Source: the human T2T-CHM13v2.0 reference genome, Homo sapiens. Taken from it: a DNA stretch of 64,000 nt. The position numbers and the translations under genes were made by a program. Location: NCBI RefSeq assembly GCF_009914755.1, contig NC_060941.1, one strand, 5' to 3'. Positions within the stretch are counted from its first letter, which is position 1; the number at the start of each line of letters is the position of its first letter. Below the pieces are notes generated by a model. That model saw only the letters and a list, made by a program, of their open reading frames with translations, was not told the origin of the DNA and searched no databases. Below are positions 1 through 18,901 of this stretch, piece by piece.

Positions 1-297
<297 letters not shown>

Positions 298-889
298 TCA
301 GCTGTAGTTCACTGACTCTGGAGTATGAGCCGTGGTGTAGAGTGTTAATGCTGCCTGGCAGTAGACTTCAAGTATGTGTTGGGTAGGGAAGCCCACGGCT
401 CATTCCCAAAGAAGTGGTGCAGTCTGGCATCCTATAAAGGGCACGACTCCCCTATTTGATGTTGCCCCAGCAGTGATGGGGAAGCTGCATGCTACAGAAC
501 CTTGTGCGCATGCCAGGCCCCTGATGATTATCCATTCAATCTCAAGAGGGCCCCTAGAGCCATATTCCTTTCTACAGTGATTCAGAGGCCCCCAACCCTG
601 GGTGCTGATCTCAGCCTTACCTTCAAAGAACTAAACTTCACCAATAGACATTGTAAAGGGTCGTTTGGCACTGGAGGACAGCAGAAAAGAAAGTTGAGGG
701 GGAAAAAAAGAGGTCCTTGAGCTGATAAGGAGGACCTCTTTCTAAAACCTATGTAGCTTCTGGAATGAGGAAATCTCAGCTCCTTCCTGATGTTTCAATG
801 TCTGACCACATCCGGGTCAAACTCTCTGGATTTCTCTAATTTAGGAGCTTTCATCTGAGGTCTAGAACACAAGGATTTAACAACCAGAG

Positions 890-1990
<1,101 letters not shown>

Positions 1991-4125
1991 AAGATATAAT
2001 AATCACAAGTCTGTGTTCACTGAACAAGGTAACTTCGAAGTAAATGGAACATAGCCTTTAAAATATGTTTAGGGGCCAGGCACAGTGGCTCATTCCTATA
2101 ATCCCAGTGCTTTGGGAGGCCAAGATGGGAAGATCATTTGAGGCCAGGAATTTGAGACCAGCCTAGGCAACATAGTTGAGACCCCATGTCTACCAAAAAA
2201 AAAAAATTTTTGGATAACTTTAAAAGAATACAAATCAACAGGTTATTTTAGTTTTATTTATTTATTTGTTATCTGTTTTTTATTTTCAAAATTAATTCCA
2301 GTAAACAGAAAAATAAGTACATAAAGGAATTGGCAATTATATCACCAAACTCAATATAATAACAAAGTTATAGAACTTTTTATCCCATAAATAGAAAGTA
2401 TTCCTTTCCTGGTTGGTTCATGTAACATTTCCAAAAATTAAAAATGTAATTGGCTACAGAGAAAGCTATAATGAATTCAACAATATCAATTTACAGGTCA
2501 CATTCTCTGATAATAATGGAATAGAATTAGAAACAAATAGCAAGAAAGTCACCAAAAATGATTTTACTACTTGCAAATCAAGAAATGCTCTCTTAATTCC
2601 TGTATCAAAAAGGAAATTTAATTGCAAACCTCTCTAGGATGCAATAAAAAAAATACTTCATACAAGAACACCTATGGGCTCCATCTAAAACCTCTAAGGG
2701 AAAACTTTTTAAACTTACTTTATTATAAAAGGTAGGCTGGAAGTAAAGGAAGTTAATATTCATCATAAGAAATTGTTCAAACTAAACACAAAGAAAATGA
2801 CGGAAAAGGAACTGATAAAGATAAAAGCTGAAATTAGTCACTAGGAGGAACACAAACAGATTATATAAAAGATAAATAAATGTAAATATTGGTTCGCTGT
2901 AAAGACCAATAAGATAAGTCTATTGTGAGAGTGATTAATGGGAAAAAAGAGTAAATATACATATAATTTGGAATTAACAGACAAGAGTAAAGTAGAAGAA
3001 AATATTTAATTGATGACACATACTTGAAAAACTAAAAGAAATAAATCAACCCCTAGCAAAATATAAATTAATAAAATTTCTTCATTAAGAAGTAGAAAAA
3101 TTGAGTAAACTAGTGAAAAGAAAAAGTTAAAAAAGAGTAGAGCAAAAAACAGATAATTTCAAAATTATGAAAAGATAACTCTGAAATTATCTTACAGAGC
3201 AAGAATAATATTAATATCAACTTTTATGTGGAGCCAAAAAAACCCAATGTTACTCATTAATATAGACACAAATATTCTAAATAAAATATCAGTAAGGAGA
3301 ATCAAACAGTATCTCAAAAATAATACCCTTTGACCAAGTAAAAGCTATTCCAGGAATGTAGGGATAGAGCAATTGTTTTTAACAGTATTAACATAAAACA
3401 TTAACAAACTAAAGGGGAAAATCATTTGATCACTAAATAGATACTTAAAATGCAATTCATTCCTAATAGAAAATTCTAAGTAAAGTAGGAATAGAAGGAA
3501 ACCCCTAAAATATAATAAATGCTCTGTACCTAAAGCTGAAATGAAAACAAAGTCATTCTGAATAATGATACAGTAAATTTCCATGAAAAATAAGGAACAA
3601 GTTAGGGATGCCTATTGTCAACATTATTGCTTACTGGGGTTCTAGAAAATGTAATAGGACAAGAAAATGAAATAGATGGTATAAATTGGAGGAAAGAAAA
3701 AAAAATTAGAGGAAAGGAGAGAAATTATTGTTTTGTTTATTATGCAACTTTATACCTAGAAAATGTATTAGACATTACTGAAAAATTACTAGAATTAATA
3801 AGAAAGTTCATTAAAGGCAACTGAACATAAAATAAATACACAAAATTTGGTAACTTTTCTCAATACTGGCAAGAGTCAATTAAAAATAGAAGTGCAGGAG
3901 GAGAAAATTCTTTTCACAGTAGCAATAAAAATCATGAGATATTTAGGAACACATTTAACCAAACACATATATTTTAAAATCTGTAAAAATGTATTAGGGA
4001 CATAAAGCCATATGTGAATAAATGAACAGACGTACCATACTATTAACTAGGGAAGTTTAATATCATAAAAATCAATTCTGCCCAAATTAATATATAAATT
4101 TCAGGTAATGACAATTAGAATCAGA
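1991..4125 (+). mobile_element. Old L1M ORF2 (endonuclease to RT) remnant
   Basis: ORF fragments 2413-2637 (HVTFPKI..FSDNNGIELE, EN-like) and 3615-3824 (LLLTGVLE..GQENEIDGI, RT-like). Confidence 0.8.
2074..2206 (+). mobile_element. Free left Alu monomer (FLAM-like)
   Basis: Left arm only, ending in A-tail. Confidence 0.8.
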
Positions 4126-4390
4126 TGGGCCGCTTTCCAAAGCTTGTGTTTGGCAAGATTCGCCAAGACTGCAATTACAAAGCATGAAAACTCTACCTTA
4201 AAAAGTTTAATGTAGTTTCATCATGTCATAGTTACTTGCTGTAATGATCCACTTTGTCACTTAAAAAGCTTGTACTATCAGGAGTTGTTCTTGTTCTTGT
4301 TAATGTTATGAAAAGTTAGACTAAAGCACAGGGAGAATGCACCTTGGGCACTGCCAGGTTTTTGCAAAGCAAGATATAAAACCAGATCTG

Positions 4391-4620
<230 letters not shown>

Positions 4621-4755
4621 AACCAGGTCTGATCTGCCTTTGCATGTTCCATGTACGCCCCCTTCTGTGTGTTGTAGCTAAAGGGGGAAAGCTGTGTTTA
4701 AGTGAAAGAGGATTAATGAAGAAATGGAAAATAAGGTGTCAGTGGTTCCTTTTAG

Positions 4756-4883
4756 GATTGTTCTCTTCCATCATGCGGGAGCTTGCCAACATCACCCATG
4801 ATGGGCCCAAGTGGATTTTACTGGATGGCGACATAGATCCAATGTGGATTGAATCCCTGAATACTGTCATGGATGATAACAAG
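4756..4883 (+). CDS. DNAH9: DNAH9 coding exon A (128 nt), AAA2 Walker B/sensor region [43 protein letters not shown]
   Basis: ttttag|GA acceptor, AAG|gtatga donor; phase 1 to 0. Confidence 0.95.
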
Positions 4884-5327
4884 GTATGAAATTGGGGGAT
4901 ATCCCTAGATCATTTCTAATCACCTGTGAAACCAGTCACCCAGTGTGGCAGGCATACTTGCAAATCTAGATTCCACATGATGGCTGGCTCAGAGTAAGGA
5001 ACTATCATCAGCATCTTCACCACACATCTCTGCACTGATAAATTCCCAGCAGCAACTTTTGCTTACATCAGTGGTACTGCCATGGCTCACACCAGTTTTG
5101 GCATTATTATAATTTGCATCAGAATGTTCTGCACATAGACTCTTTAGTATTTAGAGTTCAAAGCAGTCTTAAGTCATTCATTCACATCTTTTTACTTTTT
5201 CTTTTTATGCTCTTCTAGAATAAGGATATTGAAGATCAGAAACATTCCAAGCCTGTCAAACATCTTTCATGGTGTCAAATATTGTTCCATTGAGAGGCTA
5301 TTTTATTTTTTATAAACAATGAAACCT

Positions 5328-7457
<2,130 letters not shown>

Positions 7458-7600
7458 TGAGGTACTACTATAAAAGGAACAGTATTAATATGAAATGTAA
7501 GTTCTTTTCCTTTAAGAGTTCCATTGTTCCAATATAGTCTAGTTCATTCAAATCACCAACATCAACTTAAACTGTTTAAATAACTTTTTTTTCTGACTCA

Positions 7601-7631
7601 ACACACATACACACACACACACACACACACA
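7601..7631. repeat. (CA)n microsatellite
   Basis: Direct read. Confidence 0.95.
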
Positions 7632-7712
7632 GGGGTGGTGGTGGAGAGTGCATAGGAAGAAAGAGGATTATTGTAGAAAATTTAGAAAATACTATTCATC
7701 ACAAAGAAGGAA

Positions 7713-8371
<659 letters not shown>

Positions 8372-8485
8372 AGGAAATAATTCTCCATAATCCCAACCAA
8401 ACCAATAATAATCAGCCAAATCCCCACAGGCTGGCAAGGCACCTCCCTCCTTCCTCACTGGCATGCCCTTCCCTGTTGTCTCCAG

Positions 8486-8594
8486 GTGCTGACATTGGCC
8501 AGCAATGAGAGGATTCCTCTGAACCCCACCATGAAGCTCCTCTTTGAGATCAGCCACCTGCGCACAGCCACTCCAGCAACTGTCTCTAGAGCAG
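8486..8594 (+). CDS. DNAH9: DNAH9 coding exon B (109 nt) [36 protein letters not shown]
   Basis: ctccag|GTG acceptor, CAG|gtacgg donor; phase 0 to 1. Confidence 0.95.
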
Positions 8595-8971
8595 GTACGG
8601 CCCAAGAAGGGAAGAACCACAAAGCTACTCCACTTAGGGAGGTACCTCTGGCTTCACACGTAGTTTTGCTGGCTCAGAAGGAATCTCCACATGGGAGCCA
8701 GAAGCCTCACGTGCAGTTTTGTGAATTTGGAAATGTTGTGGTAATAAGAAGGGAAATGGCTTTTGAGCTGCACAACTATCCTCTGCACAGAAGTGTCTAA
8801 CTTAGGCTACTTTTAGGCCAGTTCTAGCCTCCACGTCAATGGAGATGACCAAATATCACTGTTTATCACTAACTCCTGGTGCAAAATTGCAACTCTATCC
8901 CTTAAGTTTCATCTGTCTCCACTGAACAAATTTATTAACAGAGACTGGAAGATTTTTTTTTTAATTGTGTG

Positions 8972-9219
8972 GCAAAATCAAACTTAAAGAAGCAGGGAGT
9001 AGAATGTCAGTTGCCAAAGGTGAGGGTTGGGGGGCAGGGGCAGATGTTGGTCAATGGGTACAAAATTTCACTTCTGCAGGATGAGTAAGTTCTAGAGACC
9101 TGCTGTACAACACAGTGCCTATAGTTAGCCATACTGTAGTGTGCACTTAAAAAAATTGTTGGGCCGGGCTCTGTGGCTCACACCTATCATCCCAGCACTT
9201 TAGGAGGCTGGGTTGGGCA
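8972..9219 (+). mobile_element. L1MA/MB 3'UTR fragment followed by a ~55-bp Alu 5' stub
   Basis: gatgttggtcaatgggtacaaaatttc...; ggccgggctctgtggctca at 9162. Confidence 0.7.
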
Positions 9220-9462
9220 TTCTCCTAGCTTTTGAGAATCTCTCTAGGATTCTCAAAGCTGCTCCCCATCCATCTATCATCAGTCCGCTGGAGTTGGTCC
9301 TCAATAGCAAACCCATTTACCCTCTCACATCTTGGCCAAATCTCCTTTTCTTTTCAGTCCAGTCTTCTGTACATTTTCCAAACAGAGAAAATAACTCCCT
9401 GGGGTGAAAAATATAATGATGTATATGGAATATTCACTAAACTGTATTCTCTGTGCTCACAG

Positions 9463-9610
9463 GGATCTTGTACATCAACCCGGCAGACTTGGGATGGAAC
9501 CCTCCAGTGAGCAGCTGGATTGAGAAGAGGGAAATCCAGACAGAGAGAGCCAACTTAACCATTTTGTTCGACAAGTATCTTCCAACCTGCCTAGACACAC
9601 TCAGAACCAG
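9463..9610 (+). CDS. DNAH9: DNAH9 coding exon C (148 nt) [24 protein letters not shown]...[11 protein letters not shown]
   Basis: cacag|GG acceptor, CAG|gtaggc donor; phase 1 to 2; translated by hand, this frame is absent from the ORF track. Confidence 0.95.
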
Positions 9611-11003
9611 GTAGGCCAAGAAACAAGGAAGATAGAGAGTTAAAGCAGCAATAAAAAGCCCATGGGTTCACACCTAGTGTCCTGCTGATGTTCTGTCCTG
9701 TCCCAAAGTCAGATGTTCCCAGAGCGATCTCCTCCAGGCATGGCAGATGGCAAAGGGGACACACATTAGGATGGCCATGGGATGCCTGTTGTCAGCTCAG
9801 GCATGAAGTGAGGTGAGTGAAGGGGAGGAAGATTGAAAGTCCCTTTCGTGAGTGCCACGTGGATGTATGTGAAGGAGGCTGCGGGTTGTAGTATCAGATT
9901 ACAATCCAGACACTCAGATCCTTCTGTGTACAGGGCAAGCAGCTCTGCATTTGTAATAAGTAATCCATAGGCCAGATCAACAGACCTAGGGGTGAAAATG
10001 GCACTTATTGGTGACCTGTGGGGCCCACTCCCCGTCCCTGGCTGTGTGTGTTCACGGCCCAGATAATGTGGGTATAATGTACCATCTGACAGTCCTGCCC
10101 TGCTGGATATGGTGAGTTTACTTTTCCTCTTATAGGTTTGTAAAAGTAAGAGCAACAAGCCCTGACCACTTATCACTAAGCAAGAGGTTAATCACTCTTG
10201 ACCAAGAGGATACTTACTACAGCAAGAATACTATCTGTGTCAGCACAGGGAGCTGCCCATGTTTGGAACCTGCTTTTGTTTTACACTCTTTTTATGGTTG
10301 TGGTTGCCATTTGATGCATCATTCTGTGAATCTGACACCCATCCCTGTAGTGGAGGCAAGAATGGGCCCCTGAGGCTGGTGCTGTGAAGGCAATGTGACT
10401 CAGAGCCCCATGAAGATGCCACAATTTAGGGTCAGGATTATGTTTCCCGGAAACTAAAGTCCATCATTGAAGTTGATCCCTGCCTCTTTCTTCCTTGGCT
10501 TGTCAAGCATGGGATATGATTGTGCCTCCAATGGTTTGCAAGCATGGAGGCCAAGGGGAAGGGAGCACTTCAGACTGCAGGAAACGATACTGCAACAGGG
10601 CTCCAGGTGCTCTCATTCCATATGCCCCGCCCCACACCCTGAAAAATCCACTCACGTTCAAAGTGAATTTTGTATACCTAAAAATTGAGTTGCAGTCAAG
10701 TAGGTGACATTGTGGTCTATTTTCGTTGTTTAATGAAACATTACTTTTGATTTCATAGTTTTTCTATTTCAGGGTCAATAATTATTATTCCAACTCAACA
10801 TTTGTATAAGCCTTTGAAAGGCTTTCAGTCCGTGGGTGACCCATGGGCTCTGTGGCCTTGGGATGTAATGGGCTAAAGCAGCCCGTGTAGCTAAAAAAGT
10901 CTGGAAGTGGAAAACAGTAGTTAATATCACAGATGGACTAGGGCAGCCAAGAGTTAGAAAACCAGAGAAGGGTAAGGTTTTAGGAAAATAGTCTATCCCT
11001 GTT

Positions 11004-12170
<1,167 letters not shown>

Positions 12171-12223
12171 CCCCGTTCTTTAGGATTTTCCTGAGACACT
12201 TGTCCCATATATCCTTTAACTAA

Positions 12224-12730
<507 letters not shown>

Positions 12731-14615
12731 GGATGTCTTTTCACTCTCACAGCCACCCTGCGGATGGGGGAGCTGCAGCTCCGCGATGCTCCCCTGGCAT
12801 CATAGCCAGTTAGTAACAGGCACTTGCTTTAAAGCCTTCCTTCTATTTTATACAGTCACAGTGTTGTAATGCCAGCTTCATGTGGCCCTGTCACTACGAA
12901 GCCGTGTCATGTCAACAGATAATAATTTTTTATTGAATAAGCAGGCCCATAAGGGGCAATTATAAAGCAGCTTTATTTTATTTCCTACTGTTCCTTTAAA
13001 ACCATTGTATGTGACTAGTTCTTCTCCTGACCCTGCATGAGATCTAGGTCAAGGTCTATGACTTTTCTGTAATAAAAAGGCATCTGATCACTAACATACA
13101 TACACATGTGTGTTAGTCCAGTGAAAATATAAAGAAACAAACTCCATTCATAATGGAGGCTTCTGCCCCACCTGCCTCAGCTCAGGACTGCAATGGGAAA
13201 GAGGCGTGTTTTTGACTTCTCTCCTTTATCTGCCAGTGACCAACTCCCTGGCTATGACTTCTGACCCATCGCTGTAAAAGCGGGGTGTAGAGAAGAGGGG
13301 AAATCCGACTTCTCTTTGATAGTTTTTGGGAGCTCCTTGGCTCCTCCCCATCACTGGAAATCTTTCATCTGTTATTCTGGAAGAAAGAAACTGCTTCTCT
13401 AGCTGGTCAGGTCCCGCTCCCACACAAACCCCATCTGCCTCACCTTATCCCTTAGCCAAGCACTCAGACAACCCCTGCTGCACACAGCCCACACCTGGAT
13501 TCCAGGAGATGCTTGCCCCTTCTCTGCTTTGACAAACTGGAGCACAGGCTGCCCCTGCAAGTTACCTCCCCACTCTCCACTGGGAGATCAGCAAGTCTCG
13601 GGGGTTTTCCAGGCAAGATTCCTTCACCAACTCGGAGTAACCCTATTGAAGCCCCTTTCCCTGGCTATTAGGGGAAAGCAGCTACCTTCCCTGTGCAGGA
13701 GGGGACACTCATTGCCTACCCAGAGCTCTCTCTAGTACTCTGATTGCTAATTTCCAGGCCTTCCAGCCTTTCCACTTTGTCCTCTGTACTCTTGAGAGGG
13801 TGAGAAGCCAGGGTTGCAAAACCCTCTGCGAGTCCCACCTAAGTTGTCTAGAATCTCTGTTTGGAATGGAAGGGCAGTTGGCACCTATCCTCTTGGTGGC
13901 ATATCCAGCACTGAGCCCAAGAGAGTTGTGTTATATCCGTCTGTTACAAATACACATCAAACAAATGAGGGAACACCCATCAAGGAGTCAGTCTTCTCGT
14001 CACTCATGGAAGTAATACCTAGATTACTAGACTCTAAAACTGTCATAGCATTTGTTGTAAGAATTGCAATTAGATTCAAAACCAGCACAAATGCTAAAAA
14101 GTGAATGGCGTGCTGTGCAGCTCTCAGGTTCAGTGCTGGGAAATGACTGTTAAGGTGTCCATTGACAGTGCTGTATTTGTTATGAAAACGGACTCTGCCT
14201 CCATGCTGCCTATGAACACTTCATCCTGTGGGAGGTGGCGATGTGGGCTGAGTGTGTGGGTACGTGGTGTGCTCTGCATATACATGTGGTGTGATGAGGA
14301 TACCTATGGGAAGAAAAGTATGTGTGTGTGAGCTTGTGCATGCTCCTGCTGCATGAGGCATAGGATGTCTTTTGTGCATCTCTTGATATCTGCCTTTCAA
14401 TTAAGGCCTCTAAAGCCAAGATTAAAAGTGCAAACACCAGGCCAGGGCAGAGTTACAGAGGTGTATTTTCAGTTGAAGAACTCCATTCAGTTCATCATGA
14501 TTGTATAAAATAACCATCTGTCCTGGTCCACTCTACTTCCCAGATAAGATCCTGGCCCCAGAAAAAGTGTTTTTGGTGTTTTCAATGGAAGGAAACCTCT
14601 GAGGTGAAGAGGTAG

Positions 14616-14957
<342 letters not shown>

Positions 14958-15341
14958 GTTGAGGTGCTTTTTGACAATTGCAGAAAGTGTGAAATGAGCG
15001 AAAAAGTTACTTGTTGCAGCCACCTGTGTTCCCCAGGTACTGAGAGGGGATCATCAACAGAAAGAGAAGAGGGAAGAAGAAGTGGGAGGGGGAGGGTGTC
15101 AGAGGAAAGGAGATGAGAAAGTCCTCAGGAGAGCTCTGGGCCCTTACTTCCTTACAAAGGAAGCTGGCGCAAGAACAGCTGATGAGAATAAAGGCTTAAG
15201 TGGCGCTCTGGTTGTCTGTAATCCCAAAGAACTTGACGGACCATGAGTCCACTGAAACCGAGTGGTTCCATAGCTGTCCAACAGCACCACCAGAATGGAA
15301 TATCCTCTGTGTTTCAGATCCCCTCGGGTCTCTCTTTGCAG

Positions 15342-15516
15342 GTTTAAGAAGATCATTCCCATCCCAGAGCAGAGCATGGTTCAGATGGTGTGTCACCTTC
15401 TGGAATGTCTCCTGACCACGGAGGACATCCCTGCAGACTGCCCTAAGGAAATTTATGAGCATTATTTTGTGTTTGCTGCCATCTGGGCTTTCGGCGGAGC
15501 AATGGTCCAAGATCAG
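15342..15516 (+). CDS. DNAH9: DNAH9 coding exon D (175 nt) [25 protein letters not shown]...[17 protein letters not shown]
   Basis: tttgcag|G acceptor, CAG|gtaagg donor; phase 2 to 0. Confidence 0.93.
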
Positions 15517-16299
15517 GTAAGGAGATATGTTGAGCTCAACAACCACACTGAAGTCTGTAGCAGCAAAAACTGATCCTTTAGCAAAGATTTGGAAGACAGG
15601 ACAGCTAAATGTCAGAATGGACTTGAAAGCAGCAAACTATTTAGTCATCTACCTATTACTCTGCTAAAGACATCAGTTGTCCTAGCCAGACCTCATAGGG
15701 TGAGATACATGAGGTCGTGGTGTGTTCGGAGCTTTTCCTTTTTGAGCTACTGAACATATCTTTGATTTCTTGGGAACTTATACAGTGTTTGAGTTTGAAC
15801 AACTGCTGGTATATATGCACTACTTTGCCAGGTGGTGTGTTTGTGGAGAGAGGGGTGGAAGGAGGCTGTGCCGTGGAAGCTTGAGTGGAAGGAAACCCTT
15901 CAGTTTTCTTAAAAACCTCTAGAACAAGGATGTACCACTCCCTACCAGGCCAGAGTTAACTATCATATCTCCATACGCGCGAAACTCAAAGCTGTCCAGA
16001 GAAGGCTGGACCAAAGTCTAATTAGCATCTAGGATTGGAAAACCAAAGTGGAATTTATCTTATAGTGTTGACTGCTATAGTCTCATGTTGATTGGAAGAA
16101 GGGATATGTGGCTTGGAATATCCTTGCATCCTGTCCCCCAACCCTTCTTGTATTCCCAGCATTTTTCTTTACTTATTTTTCTCCAAATAAAAGATATTTT
16201 ATCTAGAAAGAAAAATATTCAATATTATGCAAACCAGTCTCCTATAACTGACTCTAGCTATTAGGCATTATTGTATGACAGTTAAGAACATGGACTCTG

Positions 16300-16890
16300 T
16301 TAGCAAATTTTAAGTATACAATACAGTATTGTTACTATAGGAACTTTCCTGTACAGAAGATTTATTCATCTTGAACTTAATCATTTTTATAACCAAAATT
16401 TTGTACCCTTTGACCTATACCTTCCATTGCTCCCTCCCCCAGCCACTGGCAACCTCAATTCCTCTCTCTGCTTCTGTGAATTGACTATTTTAGCTGTATC
16501 ATGTAAGTGATATCATGTCAGATTTGTTCTTCTGTGCCTGGCTTATTTCACCTAGCATAACAGTCTCCAGGTTCATCACGTTGTTGCAAATGGAAAGATT
16601 TCCTTTTTCTTAAAAAAAAAAATTGCGAAGAGGGAAGATAAATCTTACATCAAATGTTCTTAGCACAAAACAACAATAACAATAACAACGATAAATAAGA
16701 GCATGGAAGGGAACTTTGAAGGTGATATGTAGGTTTATGCATAGATTGTGGCGATGGTTTCACAAGTGTATACTTTTTTCCAAACTCATCACATCATATG
16801 CATTAAATATGTGCAGCTTTTTGTATATCAGTCATACCACAATAAAGTGATTTTAAAAAATAGCTGAGAAAAGCAAAAATAAAAGCAAAA
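16300..16890 (+). mobile_element. L1MB-like 3' end with 5' inversion, inserted in a MIR (~16270-17110)
   Basis: 16300-16610 antisense, 16611-16890 sense with AATAAA/A-tail; TSD 16284-16299 vs 16891-16906 (14/16). Confidence 0.75.
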
Positions 16891-18585
16891 AAGAACATGA
16901 ACTGTGGATTTGAATTGTAGCTCTGCCACTATTATCTGGGGAACGTTAGGAAAGTAACTTAACCTCTCTCTACCTTACTCTCCCCATGTGCACAAAGAAT
17001 GATCATAGGGGTACCCAGCTCCTAGGAGGGTGGCGAGGACTAAGTGAATGCATAATGTTCTAATCACTCAGCATGAATACATGCAAGGTACTTAGCACAA
17101 CCCATGGGTGCTTATTATTACTATTCTTCTAGTAAAAATATTCAGTTCTGTAGCACGTATCTGGTGTCTCTCTTGCAACAGGGGATCAGACCAAGCTGTA
17201 ATTGTTGGAAAGTTATCATTTACTCTTCTCAGTCTGGATTGATTGTGAGCCTCTTTCAAAGGAAGGTAGAAAGTTTCAGCCTCCCAAGGCAAAACCATGT
17301 TCTAGAAATCCAAAATGAAAGTGAACTTGGACAAAAAAGAATTTGCAATTAACTTCTTTTTCATTTTCAAGGGCCCTGGCTGTTAACATCCGTCCTACCA
17401 ACCATCACTCCCTGATGTGTTCTTTGGTGCTCAAAATTCAGAAAGCAGCTCTCGCAGGCTCTCAGGAAGTGCACCTTTCTCTACTGCCCTCCCCAGAGAC
17501 AGATGCCCTGGAGGCAGAAAGGGAAGTCTCCAAGGACAGGAGGATACATGAGCCAGGAGTTTGACATCTGAGAATTTTCTGCTGTCTGTTCTGTAGTCTT
17601 TGGAGCTTCTCTGTGGACTACTCCTTTGACAGCTTTACATTTCCCCTTTGAGGCAAGGAGGCAAAGATTTCAGCAGGATGGATGAGACCTGGCTGAACTG
17701 CACAGAGATCCCGAATGCATAGGTTTAATTGCTCCCCGTCAAATGCAGTCTCTGACCTGTGGGCTGGGAAAACGTCAGACAGCGACTGCTGAGCTACTCT
17801 CTCATATTGGTGGTGCGCAGGCAGTGGAGTATCAGGATGAAAATATGTGATCAATTTTTCTAACTCTGGGTATAAAAATTTAAATCCCCTCAAGCCTTTT
17901 AAAAGCCCCGGAGAAAGCATCCCTCCAGGCGTCCTGCGCACTGGAGCACTTGAAGCAATTGACAGCCCTGCCAGCAACCTGGGAAGAGGACAAGGGAGAA
18001 AGCTTTTAGCAGCAGGGCACATCCCAGACCCCTACACTGCCTGCATTAAAAGCTAAACACCAAAAATAGTGCTGTCAATAGGAAGGTAGGAGTTTGGTCA
18101 AAATATTCACATCAGGAACAGCAATGGTGCTTACATTGAAAAAAACTGTCATAAAAGCAAAGCAGAAATACAAAATGGAGGCTATACCTGAGTAGAAGTT
18201 CCCATTTAAAAAAAAAAAAAAAGTCCTGGCTGAATACCTTGCAGCCCTTAGAGAGAACAATCTCTCGGAAACGTAAGGTAGAGAAAACACCAGATTGTGA
18301 GACTGACAACCTGGGTTCAACTCCCAATTCTGTCGTTTCATAAAACCCCCACTTTATAAAATGGGAGTGATTTTAAGTAACCAGGATAACCTATAGCATT
18401 GTGAAAATGAAGCGAAGTAACACTGGGTTCCCAGCTCTACCACAGTATGCCAGTAAAGTCCTCATGTCCTCCAGGTTAAAGGGCAGAGAGAAAACAGTGA
18501 ACTGTGAGAGCCCAGGGGACATGGGGACTTCAGAAGGGACCATGCTGAAGAGATACCATGGAGTGGAATTAAGAAAGGATCATTG

Positions 18586-18901
18586 GGCTGGGTGCGGTGG
18601 CTCACGCCTGTAATCCCAGCACTTTGGGAGGCCAAGGCGGGTGGATCATGAGGTCCGTAGTTCAAGACCAGCCTGGACAATATGGTGAAACCCCATCTCT
18701 ACTAAAAATACAAAAAATTAGCCGGGCTTGGGCATGGTGGCGGGTGCCTGTAATCCCAGCTACTCGGGAGGCTGAGGCAGAGAACAGCTTGGACCCGGGA
18801 GGCAGAGGTTGCCGTGAGCTGAGATCGCGCCACTGCCCTCCAGCCTGGGCAACAGAGCAAGACTCTGTCTCAAAAAAAAAAAAGAAAGAAAGAAAAGGAA
18901 A
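18586..18901 (+). mobile_element. Alu (AluSg-like)
   Basis: Alu consensus; TSD aagaaaggatcattgg / aagaaaggaccactgg. Confidence 0.92.
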
